The position numbers and the translations under genes were made by a program. 64,000 bases of DNA, taken from NCBI GenBank assembly GCA_035541135.1, contig DATKNW010000016.1, positions 258,221-322,220 of the forward strand. The letters run 5' to 3'. This stretch comes from Verrucomicrobiia bacterium. Its GTDB lineage: Bacteria > Verrucomicrobiota > Verrucomicrobiia > Palsa-1439. Shown here in pieces: positions 1 to 9,668 of this stretch; the first letter of the stretch is position 1, and each line of letters begins with the position of its first letter. Below the pieces are notes generated by a model. That model saw nothing but the letters and a program-made list of their open reading frames with translations. It had not been told where the DNA came from and ran no database searches.

Positions 1-1344
1 CTCGGCTTCGTGCACATGATTCCGGGGCGCGCGCGGCAGCGGATCCTCGACATTGCCGCCACGCAGCTCGCCAACGGCACGTGCTACCATCAGTATCAGC
101 CGCTCACGAAGAAGGGCAACGCCGAGATCGGCGGCGATTTCTACGACGACCATCTGTGGTTGATCTTGTGTACGTGTGCCTACATCAAGGAGACCGGCGA
201 CCAGAGTATTCTCGACGCGCCGGTGGGGTACGCCGACCGGCCCGGTAGCCGCGACAACCTGCTGCATCATCTCGAAACGAGCATCGCCTACACGCTCAGC
301 CATCGCGGTCCGCACGGCCTGCCGCTGATCGGTCACGCTGATTGGAACGATTGCCTGAACCTGAATTGTTTCTCGACCGAGCCGAACGAATCCTTCCAGA
401 CGGCCGGCGACGTGAAAGGTTCGACGGCCGAATCGGTGATGATTGCCGGGCTGTTTTTGTATGCGGCGCGGGAGATGAGCGCGCTGTACCAGTGGTTGAA
501 TCGCGGGGCCGACGCCAAGCGGATGCAGGCGCACTACGACGACATGCTGCAGGTCGTTGAAACGAAGGCATGGGACGGCGAATGGTACATCCGCGCGTTC
601 GACGCCGCCGGCAAGCCGGTCGGCTCGAAGACCTGCGAGGAGGGAAGAATCTTCATCGAGAGCCAGGGTTGGTGCGTGCTGGGCGGGGCCGGGGCCGACA
701 ACGGGCGCAACCGGCTCGCGCTGGAAAGCGTCCACAAACATCTCTACACGCAGGACGGAATCATCCTGCAGCAGCCGGCCTACAGCCGGTACCATCTCGA
801 ACTCGGGGAGGTCACCAGTTATCCGCCCGGCTACAAGGAAAACGCCGGCATCTTCTGCCACAACAACACGTGGATTCATCTCGCATGGTGTCTGCTCGGC
901 GAGGGCGACCGCGCGCTGGAGTATTACCTCAGCATTTGTCCGTCGGCGAAAGAGGAGCAGATCGAGATTTACCGGTGCGAGCCGTACGTGTACGCGCAGA
1001 TGATCGCCGGCCGCGACGCGGCGACGCCCGGCGAAGCGAAGAATTCCTGGCTCACGGGCACGGCGGCGTGGACGTTTGTGACCGTGTCGCAAGGATTGCT
1101 GGGGATCAAGCCGGACTATGAAGGGCTGCGGATCGACCCGTGCATTCCGAAGTCATGGCCGGGATTCTCCGTGGTGCGTCGTTATCGCGGCACGGAGTAC
1201 CGGATCTCGGTGAAGAATCCTACCGGCCTCAGTCGCGGTGTGAACCGATTGCGGGTTGACGGCCGCGACGTGCCCGGCAACCTCATTCCGCGTCCAGATG
1301 GCCGGACCACGGTCAATGTCGTAGCCACCTTGGAAGCGCAATAG
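1..1344 (+). CDS. GH94-type glycoside phosphorylase, C-terminal catalytic part (cellobiose/chitobiose phosphorylase-like); 5' end lies outside the window
   Basis: The frame is open to the window edge. Conserved blocks YHQYQPLTKKGNAEIGGDFYDDHLWL, ESQGWCVLGG, NAGIFCHNNTW and NSWLTGTAAW match the (alpha/alpha)6 domain of GH94 enzymes. Confidence 0.8.
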   Translation, partial: LGFVHMIPGRARQRILDIAATQLANGTCYHQYQPLTKKGNAEIGGDFYDDHLWLILCTCAYIKETGDQSILDAPVGYADRPGSRDNLLHHLETSIAYTLSHRGPHGLPLIGHADWNDCLNLNCFSTEPNESFQTAGDVKGSTAESVMIAGLFLYAAREMSALYQWLNRGADAKRMQAHYDDMLQVVETKAWDGEWYIRAFDAAGKPVGSKTCEEGRIFIESQGWCVLGGAGADNGRNRLALESVHKHLYTQDGIILQQPAYSRYHLELGEVTSYPPGYKENAGIFCHNNTWIHLAWCLLGEGDRALEYYLSICPSAKEEQIEIYRCEPYVYAQMIAGRDAATPGEAKNSWLTGTAAWTFVTVSQGLLGIKPDYEGLRIDPCIPKSWPGFSVVRRYRGTEYRISVKNPTGLSRGVNRLRVDGRDVPGNLIPRPDGRTTVNVVATLEAQ

Positions 1345-1416
1345 GGGCTGGCAAGACGTGGCAGCGGCAACCGTCCGCGTCGGTCGGAAGCGAATTGTTG
1401 CGAGGTTGAGACCCCG

Positions 1417-1455
1417 GTTTGTGGTGTGATACTATGTCAACGAAAAACCACAAAC
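1417..1455. promoter_or_regulatory. Inverted repeat GTTTGTGGT-N21-ACCACAAAC upstream of the orphan gene
   Basis: Perfect 9-bp arms read directly, located 40 nt upstream of the 1494 start. The spacer contains GATACT. Function is unknown. Confidence 0.3.
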
Positions 1456-1493
1456 TACGGAGTTGACCTCAATTCAACAGGAGGCAATCGCAT

Positions 1494-2081
1494 GTGCACA
1501 CCACGATTGAGGCACTAATGGGCCCAGACGATTGGGTGATGTTTTGCATGTATTACATTCCGAGCCTCGTCATTGCAATCAGTACAGCGTGTGTGATGTC
1601 AGCTGGAGCTTGGCTTGCGCGACACTTCCACAAACCCATCGGCTGCCGGACTGCTCTCTGCCTGGCCGTGGTTGCCGTGGTGTGCTGGCCAGTGTATTTC
1701 GCCTCCACGTCCAAGATGGCCACTATTCTTGTGTCGTTGAACTCTGAGGACGCGCGACTGGCCGAAACCGTGTACGAAGATGACTTCAAAAAGGAAGTGA
1801 GCACGGTTGGTAAAGCCGTGCGGTTGGCTACTGACACACACCAAGCTCCAAATGTCAGATTTTATGCATCGTGCCTAATCGCCGACTTGCTGGCTACAAA
1901 TAGCGACGCGGACGTGACGGAGACCTTAGCGATGGTTAAGAATGCGCCGACAATTGAGCCACAGATTATCGGAGGGAATAGCCTTACCAGTGAGTTTATG
2001 GTTCCGGGACATGCGCCGCCTCGACTTTTCGTAGGAGAGATAATTCGACGCCGGTTAGGGGTCCTAGGGCGCCAAGAGTAA
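1494..2081 (+). CDS. Hypothetical membrane protein (orphan, AT-richer than its surroundings)
   Basis: AGGAGG lies 9 nt upstream of the GTG start. There are two hydrophobic segments near the N-terminus. No family was recognised. Confidence 0.5.
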   Translation: MHTTIEALMGPDDWVMFCMYYIPSLVIAISTACVMSAGAWLARHFHKPIGCRTALCLAVVAVVCWPVYFASTSKMATILVSLNSEDARLAETVYEDDFKKEVSTVGKAVRLATDTHQAPNVRFYASCLIADLLATNSDADVTETLAMVKNAPTIEPQIIGGNSLTSEFMVPGHAPPRLFVGEIIRRRLGVLGRQE

Positions 2082-2085
2082 GCGT

Positions 2086-2220
2086 GGCTTGGCGCACCAC
2101 GTCGTAAAACATTTCGCGAAACAGATTCGTGCCGGCAAACCGCCCGTGCCAATCCTTGCTGAAGGTAGAATGGTCGGGCACTTTGTCCTCCAGACCCAAG
2201 CTACAAAACCAGATGTGTGA
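2086..2220 (-). pseudogene. IS5/IS1182-family transposase N-terminal (DUF772-like) fragment
   Basis: The translation WFCSLGLEDKVPDHSTFSKDWHGRFAGTNLFREMFYDVVRQ matches the conserved N-terminal transposase block. No DDE domain follows it. Confidence 0.6.
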
Positions 2221-2446
2221 ATCGGGGTCGCGGCCCCGGCTCGTGGCGGGTTCAGGACCTGTGCCACCGCGCCATCGAAGACGGTGAGCGGGTGCGTCGG
2301 CGAATTGCGCGACGCGGGCCTGGCGAGGGAGATCAACATTAGCACCATGGCTGCCAATGGCAAAGCCGCCGTGGCTGCGGACGGCTGGGCCAGCCGTCCC
2401 TACCGACGACCCGGGAGAGATCGCACGTAGCCGGCGCATCGGTCGG

Positions 2447-2465
2447 CACAGGCGGGACGCCTATG
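2447..2465 (+). repeat. REP-like hairpin CACAGGCG-GGA-CGCCTATG (solo copy)
   Basis: The same 19-mer recurs at 55905 and 56407, with a variant at 58687. Confidence 0.5.
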
Positions 2466-2952
2466 CAACATGGGAAGACGGCACGCCCGGCGGCGGAGTC
2501 GGTGGTTCGTTCCCCATTGACGGAATTGTTCAGGGTCGGGGCCGTAGGGCTGGCATTGTGTCAAAAACGTCAACGGAATCTTTTGCATCCGTGAGACTTG
2601 GCTGGCGAGTGAGCGGACTTGGCTGTCAGACGGCTGTATTGCGTTTCGAGGCGGCTCCCGGCACGAGGGTTGCAGACGACGGAACCGGGAGTCTCGTTAC
2701 CGAGGACTGATGAAGGACGAACCAGCAGATTTTGGACGGCTCGGCACGGAAGAACGCCTGCACGGTGGCGCGCGCGACAGCCGCGCACGCGGCATACACG
2801 TCGCCCATCGCAACTCTGGCGACAGAACCTGCAATCCGACCGCAGTTCGCGCCCCCCGTGTCCCTTCACCCCGAGCCGTCCATGGTGTCTTCGTGGGACA
2901 AGAGGGGACAAGATGACCCGCGTGAAGCGGTCTCGTGTAAAGGAATGAATGC

Positions 2953-3702
2953 ATGAGCGTGGCGGATCAGCCGTCAACCCGAAATGATGATCTGCGGGCA
3001 GAGGTGCGCAAGAATTCCTTGGAGGAAGCGCGTCCCGCGGTGGTGCTGGTCCGCCAGGCACTGCAGGCGGTCGCGAAAGCGCCCGCGGACATCGGGAAGC
3101 TGCGGGAATTGTTCGAGCAGGCCCAAGCCCTGTCTGCCAATCCGATCCTCACGCGGCTGCCGACGATCACGCGTGTGGTCAGCGCGTTCGAGCAGTTGTT
3201 GCGTCAGTTGGTGGACAAGCCTGACTCCGTCAATCAATCGGTCCAGCGAACGATGGCCCAGACGGTCGATTTGCTCGCGGCACTGTTCGATGGCGACGGA
3301 CGCGAGGTGGAACTGGTCACGGCGCGGGTGCTGGCGGTTGACGACCAGCAGATTGCGCTGCGATCGGTCATGAACGCGCTGGAGAAAGCCAACCTGAAAC
3401 CGCAGGCATTGTCCGACCCCGGCGCCGCGTTCAGCGTGGCGCAGGACCGGCACTTTGACCTGATCGTGCTCGACCTGGAAATGCCGGTGATGACAGGTTT
3501 GGAGTTGTGCGCGAAACTGCGATCGTTGCCGAACTACAAGACGGTGCCGATCGTGTTCGTCACCAGCGCCACGGACTTTCAGCATCGCGCCGAGATCTGC
3601 CGCAGCGGCGGCAACGACGTCATTGCCAAACCATTTCTCGCCACGGAGCTCGCCCTGAAAGCGCTGACGTTGATCGTGAAGTCGAAGTCCATCGGCGGCT
3701 GA
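2953..3702 (+). CDS. Response regulator: C-terminal receiver domain with an N-terminal helical domain, no recognisable output domain
   Basis: REC motifs VLAVDDQ, DLIVLDLEMPVMTG, VFVTS and AKPF are present. Confidence 0.85.
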   Translation: MSVADQPSTRNDDLRAEVRKNSLEEARPAVVLVRQALQAVAKAPADIGKLRELFEQAQALSANPILTRLPTITRVVSAFEQLLRQLVDKPDSVNQSVQRTMAQTVDLLAALFDGDGREVELVTARVLAVDDQQIALRSVMNALEKANLKPQALSDPGAAFSVAQDRHFDLIVLDLEMPVMTGLELCAKLRSLPNYKTVPIVFVTSATDFQHRAEICRSGGNDVIAKPFLATELALKALTLIVKSKSIGG

Positions 3703-3811
3703 GAATCCCGCGCCGTTTGCCGCCGCATCACTCCAGACCACTTCCTGCGTTCGGCCGCGTGTTGACTGCGGCCAGAGCCGACAGGTAAACTCCGCGCAAT
3801 ACGCCTTCTGA

Positions 3812-4939
3812 ATGACCGACAACACCGTCATTCCGACAACACGGACGCCATGGTCGTTTCTGGCGATCGACTTTATCTTGTCGCGACTGTTTCTCGTCGC
3901 CGTGGCCGGGTTGAGTCTGTGGCTGCTGCCCAAGGGCGAATTCTTTACCCAGCCGGGGACGATTCTCAACTGGCTCAATCACTGGGATACAGGATGGTAT
4001 CTGAACATCGCCCAACACGGCTACCAGTACGTCCCGGGCAAACAATGCAGCGCGGTGTTCTTCCCGCTTTACCCCGTTCTGGTGGGATGGCTCACATGCG
4101 GCGGCGCGATCGACGCGCGGATGGCCGGGTATCTCCTGTCCAACGGCAGCTTGTTTTTCGGCATCGTGGTTCTTTGGAAGTTGACCGTGATCGAGATGAA
4201 GGACGAACGGTGCGCCCGGCGTGTCGTGCAGCTTCTTCTGTTGAATCCGGTGACCGTATTCTACTCCTCGATTTACACGGAATCGCTGTATCTGCTGTGC
4301 CTGGTGGGCACGCTGTACTTCGCCCGCACGGAGCGCTGGTTGTTGGCGGCCGCGTGCGCTTACGCTGTAGCGCTGACGCGGATGATCGGACTGCTGCTGG
4401 TGATCCCGCTGGTCTGTGAGTACGTTCTCCAGAACCGCCACAACCTGACCTGGCGCAAGCCCGATGCCTGGCGCGCGCTGGTCTGTTTCGCTGCTCCCGC
4501 TCTCGGGTTCCTGACCTATGTCGCCTACCTCGATCGGAAATTCGGTGAGCCGCTGGCGTTTCTCAAGGCCGAGCAGGCCTGGGGACGAAAGCTCGTCTGG
4601 CCCTGGAAGCCATTTCTCCACCTCGGGTGGTATGATCGACCCTACACGATTTGGTTTGTCGGCACCGCGATCATCGCCGTGGTGCTGCTGTTCCTCGCCG
4701 CCCGCTGGCGGTTGCGCCCAACCTATCTTCTGATCCTGGTCATCTTCACCACCATTTGTCTGTGCAGCAACCGACTCGAATCGCTCCCGCGCTATTTCTC
4801 CGTCCTGTTCCCGTTCTATTTTGTTCTTGCCCAGATGACGAAGAAGTGGCCGCGCCTGACCACGCCGCTGTTCGTCGTGTTTGTGGTGTCGCAGGCGATG
4901 GCGACCATCCTCTTCGTGAATGGCTACTGGATGACCTGA
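3812..4939 (+). CDS. Polytopic GT-C-type glycosyltransferase, PIG-V/mannosyltransferase-like
   Basis: About 9-10 hydrophobic helices. The loop motif HWDTGWYLNIAQHGY is typical of bacterial PIG-V-like proteins. Confidence 0.7.
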   Translation: MTDNTVIPTTRTPWSFLAIDFILSRLFLVAVAGLSLWLLPKGEFFTQPGTILNWLNHWDTGWYLNIAQHGYQYVPGKQCSAVFFPLYPVLVGWLTCGGAIDARMAGYLLSNGSLFFGIVVLWKLTVIEMKDERCARRVVQLLLLNPVTVFYSSIYTESLYLLCLVGTLYFARTERWLLAAACAYAVALTRMIGLLLVIPLVCEYVLQNRHNLTWRKPDAWRALVCFAAPALGFLTYVAYLDRKFGEPLAFLKAEQAWGRKLVWPWKPFLHLGWYDRPYTIWFVGTAIIAVVLLFLAARWRLRPTYLLILVIFTTICLCSNRLESLPRYFSVLFPFYFVLAQMTKKWPRLTTPLFVVFVVSQAMATILFVNGYWMT

Positions 4940-5023
4940 GGCGGACATCGAATCGGACGCGGCGGCCACGACACCGCACTCTGGCGTTGTTCGCAGCGGA
5001 CAGATCCGATACACTCGGCGGCG

Positions 5024-5803
5024 ATGCCACACGCCACAGCTTTGGTCACGCTGGCCATCGGCGATCCGCCGGAATGCGCCATGTCGCATCCGATTTTTCA
5101 GCGGTATGTGAGTCGGCACGGAATGGATTTTGTGCCGATCCGCGAGCGGGCCATTCTGGTTTCGCCGCCGTGGTTCAAACGGCGGCGCCATCAGTGGTTG
5201 CGATTCGAGAAATGCCAGCTCGGCCGCCTGTTGGACCGATATGAACGGCTCGTCTATCTCGACAGCGACATTCTGCTGACGCCAGCCTGCCCGAATTTAC
5301 TCGACGTGGTGGCCGCGCGGCGGTTCGGCTGCGTCTTTGAAGATGTCGGCCCGCGCTGGTGGGAGCGATGGGAGGAATTCGCGCGCGCGCAGCGCAAACT
5401 GGGTCCGCTGCCCCGCAAACCCGAGGGCTATTTCAACTCGGGCGTCATGGTGGTGGATCGGGCGCATCGCGAGCTGTTCGATCTGGAGACCTGCCCGCCG
5501 ATCGATGGACGCTGGGCCGAGCAAAACACGTTCAATTACCACGTGCATCGTCTGGGCATCCTGCTGCAGCCGCTCGAGCCCCGCTGCAATCTGCTGGCGG
5601 AATTCACCGAGTTGTGGGCGGACGAATCGCAGCGGCGCCAGGCCTGGGTCATCCATTACGCCGGCAAGAAGAACCGGCCTCTGATGGCGCAGGACTTCCC
5701 GCACATCCTGGCGGCGTGGGAGCGGTCGGATCAGCCAGTCGTCCCGCGCGCACTGTCGCCGTGTCATCCGGTGCCAATCGCCCGAAACAGTTCGTCGATA
5801 TAG
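5024..5803 (+). CDS. GT-A fold glycosyltransferase (GT8-like)
   Basis: DxD-type motif LVYLDSDILL followed by YFNSGVMVVD. Confidence 0.7.
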   Translation: MPHATALVTLAIGDPPECAMSHPIFQRYVSRHGMDFVPIRERAILVSPPWFKRRRHQWLRFEKCQLGRLLDRYERLVYLDSDILLTPACPNLLDVVAARRFGCVFEDVGPRWWERWEEFARAQRKLGPLPRKPEGYFNSGVMVVDRAHRELFDLETCPPIDGRWAEQNTFNYHVHRLGILLQPLEPRCNLLAEFTELWADESQRRQAWVIHYAGKKNRPLMAQDFPHILAAWERSDQPVVPRALSPCHPVPIARNSSSI

Positions 5804-6948
5804 TCGTCCCAGGAACGAAACGCGCGGTCACGGGCCTGATCGAACAGTCGGCGATAGGCAGCCTGGTCGGTGAGTAACGCGCGCATTCCGCCCGCCAGGG
5901 CGGTCGCGTCCGTGCACGTCACCGTCAGGCATCCGCCGCCGTCGGCCGCTTCACCGATGGCGCCGTTGGCACCACAGATGCAGGGGCGGCCATGCCACAG
6001 GCTCTCCAGGATCGGCAGTCCGAATCCTTCGCGGACCGACGGGTAGACGGTGAACGAGCAGTCGCGATACGCCCGGTGCAGGGCGTGATCGCTGACATGG
6101 CGCAGCCATTTCAACGGACGGCCGCGCTTTCTCAGGCGACCGAGTTCGCCGAGGACGGTCGCTCCCCAATCCGCGGTCGTGCGACCGATGAGAACCAGCT
6201 CGAAGTTCAAGCCCGCACCCCAGAGTTTCTCCGCGGCTTCCAATAACGTGAGGTGGTTCTTTCGCCGGTCGAGGGTGGCCACGTACAGCGCGCGTCGAGC
6301 GCCAAAGTTTGGCTGTGGCGCCGGCCGTGGTTGCCCGAAGTCAATGGGCCAGCCGAGGACGATGGTCGTCGTGGGTGTCACGCCGAAGGAGTCCCAGTAG
6401 GAGCGCAGATCACTCTCGGCTTCGCGCGAGACGCAGACCACCTTGTCGAAGCTGGCCAGCGCGCACACGTACTCGCGAAAATTGCGCCGACGCCCGGGCG
6501 CGCTGTACTCCGGCAGGCGCAGCGCGATGGCGTCGTGAAACACCGCCCCACACGGCCCGGGGAACCAGGTCTGCACGTCGCGCAGTCGGTTGACGCGATT
6601 GTCCTGAAAAATCTCCGGCACGAGCAGCAGGTCGGCACTTGTCGCCGCCGCGTCGAGTGCGAAGCGGTGTCGCCAGTGGCGAAGATACCGCACCGCCTTC
6701 GACCAGGGGAATGGGCTGGAAAGTCCCTCCGGTCGTGCGCTGGCTCCGCGGTGATCGGCAAACGGATCGACAAGGAACCGCCATTCGGCCTTCGAGAGTT
6801 GACAGTACGAACCGAGTTTCGGGCTCCATAACAGCGGCATGACGTCGCTGCGGCAACGACGGAGCGCGGTGAAGATCCCGCGCACCATTCGCTGCACGCC
6901 GCCGTTCATCGGTGACTTGCAGGAGCTGGTGACATCGATGTAGAGCAC
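5764..6948 (-). CDS. Glycosyltransferase family 4 (WbdC/mannosyltransferase-like)
   Basis: N-terminus YIDVTSS..NGGVQRMVRG and C-terminal EGFGLPILESLWHGRPCI (E-x7-E region). Confidence 0.85.
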   Translation of the reverse strand: MLYIDVTSSCKSPMNGGVQRMVRGIFTALRRCRSDVMPLLWSPKLGSYCQLSKAEWRFLVDPFADHRGASARPEGLSSPFPWSKAVRYLRHWRHRFALDAAATSADLLLVPEIFQDNRVNRLRDVQTWFPGPCGAVFHDAIALRLPEYSAPGRRRNFREYVCALASFDKVVCVSREAESDLRSYWDSFGVTPTTTIVLGWPIDFGQPRPAPQPNFGARRALYVATLDRRKNHLTLLEAAEKLWGAGLNFELVLIGRTTADWGATVLGELGRLRKRGRPLKWLRHVSDHALHRAYRDCSFTVYPSVREGFGLPILESLWHGRPCICGANGAIGEAADGGGCLTVTCTDATALAGGMRALLTDQAAYRRLFDQARDRAFRSWDDYIDELFRAIGTG

Positions 6949-7176
6949 GGGAGAACCTCAGGAGAAAGCCCGTGGCCGGCGGGATGCCCAGGCCAGTGCC
7001 CGACCTGTGGAGATGATTTTCGTTGCAAAAACCACGCGACATTCCTAACAATTCGCCGGCTTTCCTGCAAGACCGCGGTCGACGCGACAGGTCGAACGCG
7101 GTGACGCGGAAAGTTGCGAGGCCGCGTGCTCGCTACGGTCTGGTGGTCAATTGACACATGCCAAATCATCCACGCC

Positions 7177-7755
7177 ATGAACATTGAAGCGACACCGATC
7201 CCCGGGGTGCTGCTCGTGCTCCCGGAAGTTCTTTCCGACGCGAGAGGCTTCTTCACTGAGGTGTACCGTGCCAACCGATTCCAGGAACTGGGGCTCCCGG
7301 AAACGTTTCGGCAATGGAACCAGTCGCATTCCGTCAGGAACGTTCTGCGCGGGCTGCACTTCCAATGGGACCCGCCCATGGCCAAGCTCATGCGCGTGAC
7401 CCTGGGTGAGGCGTATCTCGTCGCCGTCGACATCCGTAAAGGCTCCCCGACGCTGGGCCGGTATTTCGGGACGATTGTCTCCGCGGAGAACATGAAGATG
7501 CTGTACGCGCCCGCCGGCTTCGCCCGTGGGTTCTGTGTCCTGTCGGAGCGGGCGGATATTCAGTACCTGTGCACCAGCACATACAACCCGAAAGCCGAGT
7601 CCGGAATTCTGTGGAGCGACCCGGCGCTGAACATCCAGTGGCCGGTGAAAAATCCGATCCTCTCGCCGAAGGACGCGAAGGCCCAGACGTTGGCCGAATG
7701 GCTCGCCCGGCCCGAGTCCGATTTTTTCCGGTACCAGATCGACCGCATGCCGTAA
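7177..7755 (+). CDS. rfbC: dTDP-4-dehydrorhamnose 3,5-epimerase
   Basis: MNIEATPIPGVLLVLPEVLSDARGFFTEVYR, RGLHFQ and YAPAGFARGF are cupin RmlC motifs. The ATG at 7177 is preferred over the upstream 7114 start. Confidence 0.9.
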   Translation: MNIEATPIPGVLLVLPEVLSDARGFFTEVYRANRFQELGLPETFRQWNQSHSVRNVLRGLHFQWDPPMAKLMRVTLGEAYLVAVDIRKGSPTLGRYFGTIVSAENMKMLYAPAGFARGFCVLSERADIQYLCTSTYNPKAESGILWSDPALNIQWPVKNPILSPKDAKAQTLAEWLARPESDFFRYQIDRMP

Positions 7756-7763
7756 CCCAACGA

Positions 7764-9410
7764 TTACGGTTCGGCCAGGCGCCAGCGGGCGATGGTTTCC
7801 AGTCGCGCGCGATATTGTCGGCCGATCACCGTCGGGGAAAACCGCTCGCGAATTGTCTGTTCGGCCTGTCGTCCGAGACGCACACCGAGATCGCGGCCGC
7901 GATGAAGCCTCCGCATCGCCTCCACCGCGTGATCCAGACTCGGGTCGGCCCAAACCTGGCCTTTCCGATAGGGGCCATGGTCGCGTTCCAACGTCACCAG
8001 TTTGTAGTCGACCGGGATTGAATTGTCGGTCGACAGGAATTCGGCCGGAGCCGACCAGTTGGTGGCGATCACCGGTTTTCCCAGCGCCATCGCTTCCGCC
8101 ACACACAGTCCGAATCCCTCGGCGCGGTGCAGCGAGACGTAACAGTCACAGGCCGCCTGCAGGCGCGTCAGCTTCTCGCGGGAGAAGGTCTCGTCGAGGA
8201 GGCGGACGCCCGGGAGATTATCAACGAGCCTCTGCAGGTTATCGCGGGCCGCGTCGTGCCGCTCGCCGTGGTGGACCTTGATGACCAGCCCCACGTCGTC
8301 GAGTCCGCCGAACGCCCGACGGTAGGCGTGGATGGCCGCCGCCGGATTCTTGCGCTCCTGATAGGAATCCAGATCGTACAGGACCAGAAACAAGTACGCG
8401 TCGCGCGGCAGGCCGAACTCGGCCCGGTCGACCGGCCCGGGCGGCGGGACATCAACCGCGTGCGGCATGATCAGAACCGGGACCGGAGAGCGCGCGCTGA
8501 CCGCCTCGAATGTGAATCGGGACGGAACCCAGACTTCGTCGACGTGCGCAAAGCGGTCCATCCACGTGGCCGGGAAAACCGGCAGCTCCCACGCCCAGTA
8601 CCCGATTCGGTATTGGTCTGGCGCGAAGAGCGCCGGATGGCGGACGGCCAGGGCAGACATTTGCGGCGCGTCCGCGTGAAACACCGACACCGGCCATCGC
8701 TCCGTCGGCAACGGTTCACCCGCATCGATCTGGCGGGCGGGGACCCGGGCGGCTTGCAGCGACCGCAACGAGGCGCGCGCGCCTTCACTGATGCCGTTGT
8801 CCAGCGAGAAGCAGGCGCAGACATTGACGCCAAGATTCAATTCCTTGTCGCTGGCATGGGGCAGGTACGATTGGCCGCCGTCGGTGAAATCGCAGATGAC
8901 ACGATCGTCAACCAGGACGCGCTGAATTCCCAGCGAACGCTGCACGGTGCGGTCGCGGTACTTCTTCAGACGGCTGGTGGCGCCAGCCAGGAGCGGGAAC
9001 CTCGCCAGCACGCGCCCGAACCAGGCATACCAGCCATGGAGCGTGCTCAGTGAATGCCGCAATTGCAGGTCGCCGTTGCGGCATGCGCCGGGCGGCAGTT
9101 GGAACGATTGTTGAAAGGCGCCCGGGGTCGACGGTTCGATCACGCCGAGTCTGGTGCCATCAAGCCAGACCTCGCTCCGCGGCGGAGGAAGTTGTCGGCG
9201 GCCATCCCGCGGCGGCGTGAACGTGAGGTGAAAGATGACGGTCCGTCCGCGGACATCGCGCGGCAGTTGGATGCCGGCCTTGCGCTTGAACCAAATGGCG
9301 GTTCCATCGGCGCCGAGACGGTCTTCCAGAAATCCACGCAAGGCCGGTTTCATGGCGTTACTCGACAGCGAGATTGCGGCGGCGACCAGCGGGATTGTTC
9401 CTGTCGGCAA
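7764..9410 (-). CDS. Glycosyltransferase family 4 with an N-terminal domain of ~190 aa of unknown function
   Basis: VSLHRAEGFGLCVAEAMALGKPVIATNWSAPAEFL. Confidence 0.85.
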   Translation of the reverse strand: MPTGTIPLVAAAISLSSNAMKPALRGFLEDRLGADGTAIWFKRKAGIQLPRDVRGRTVIFHLTFTPPRDGRRQLPPPRSEVWLDGTRLGVIEPSTPGAFQQSFQLPPGACRNGDLQLRHSLSTLHGWYAWFGRVLARFPLLAGATSRLKKYRDRTVQRSLGIQRVLVDDRVICDFTDGGQSYLPHASDKELNLGVNVCACFSLDNGISEGARASLRSLQAARVPARQIDAGEPLPTERWPVSVFHADAPQMSALAVRHPALFAPDQYRIGYWAWELPVFPATWMDRFAHVDEVWVPSRFTFEAVSARSPVPVLIMPHAVDVPPPGPVDRAEFGLPRDAYLFLVLYDLDSYQERKNPAAAIHAYRRAFGGLDDVGLVIKVHHGERHDAARDNLQRLVDNLPGVRLLDETFSREKLTRLQAACDCYVSLHRAEGFGLCVAEAMALGKPVIATNWSAPAEFLSTDNSIPVDYKLVTLERDHGPYRKGQVWADPSLDHAVEAMRRLHRGRDLGVRLGRQAEQTIRERFSPTVIGRQYRARLETIARWRLAEP

Positions 9411-9668
9411 ACCAACATACGGCGTTGCTGACCATCCGCGGGACGGCGGCGTTCAACGGCAATCTACAAGAATTGGAGACATCCAGGTAGAGCACGCTCG
9501 ATTATAGTCGCAGACGCAATCTTGTGGCAAGACGGCCCTTGTTCCGTGGCGACCCGGCGGTGGACGTTGAATTTTCTTGTTCGCCAGGGCGGCCTTTGGC
9601 AGTATCGCCGGAGGAGTACGGAGGTTTTCTGATTCGTTGGTGCAGCCGCAGATTCTCCTGAGCAAGAC

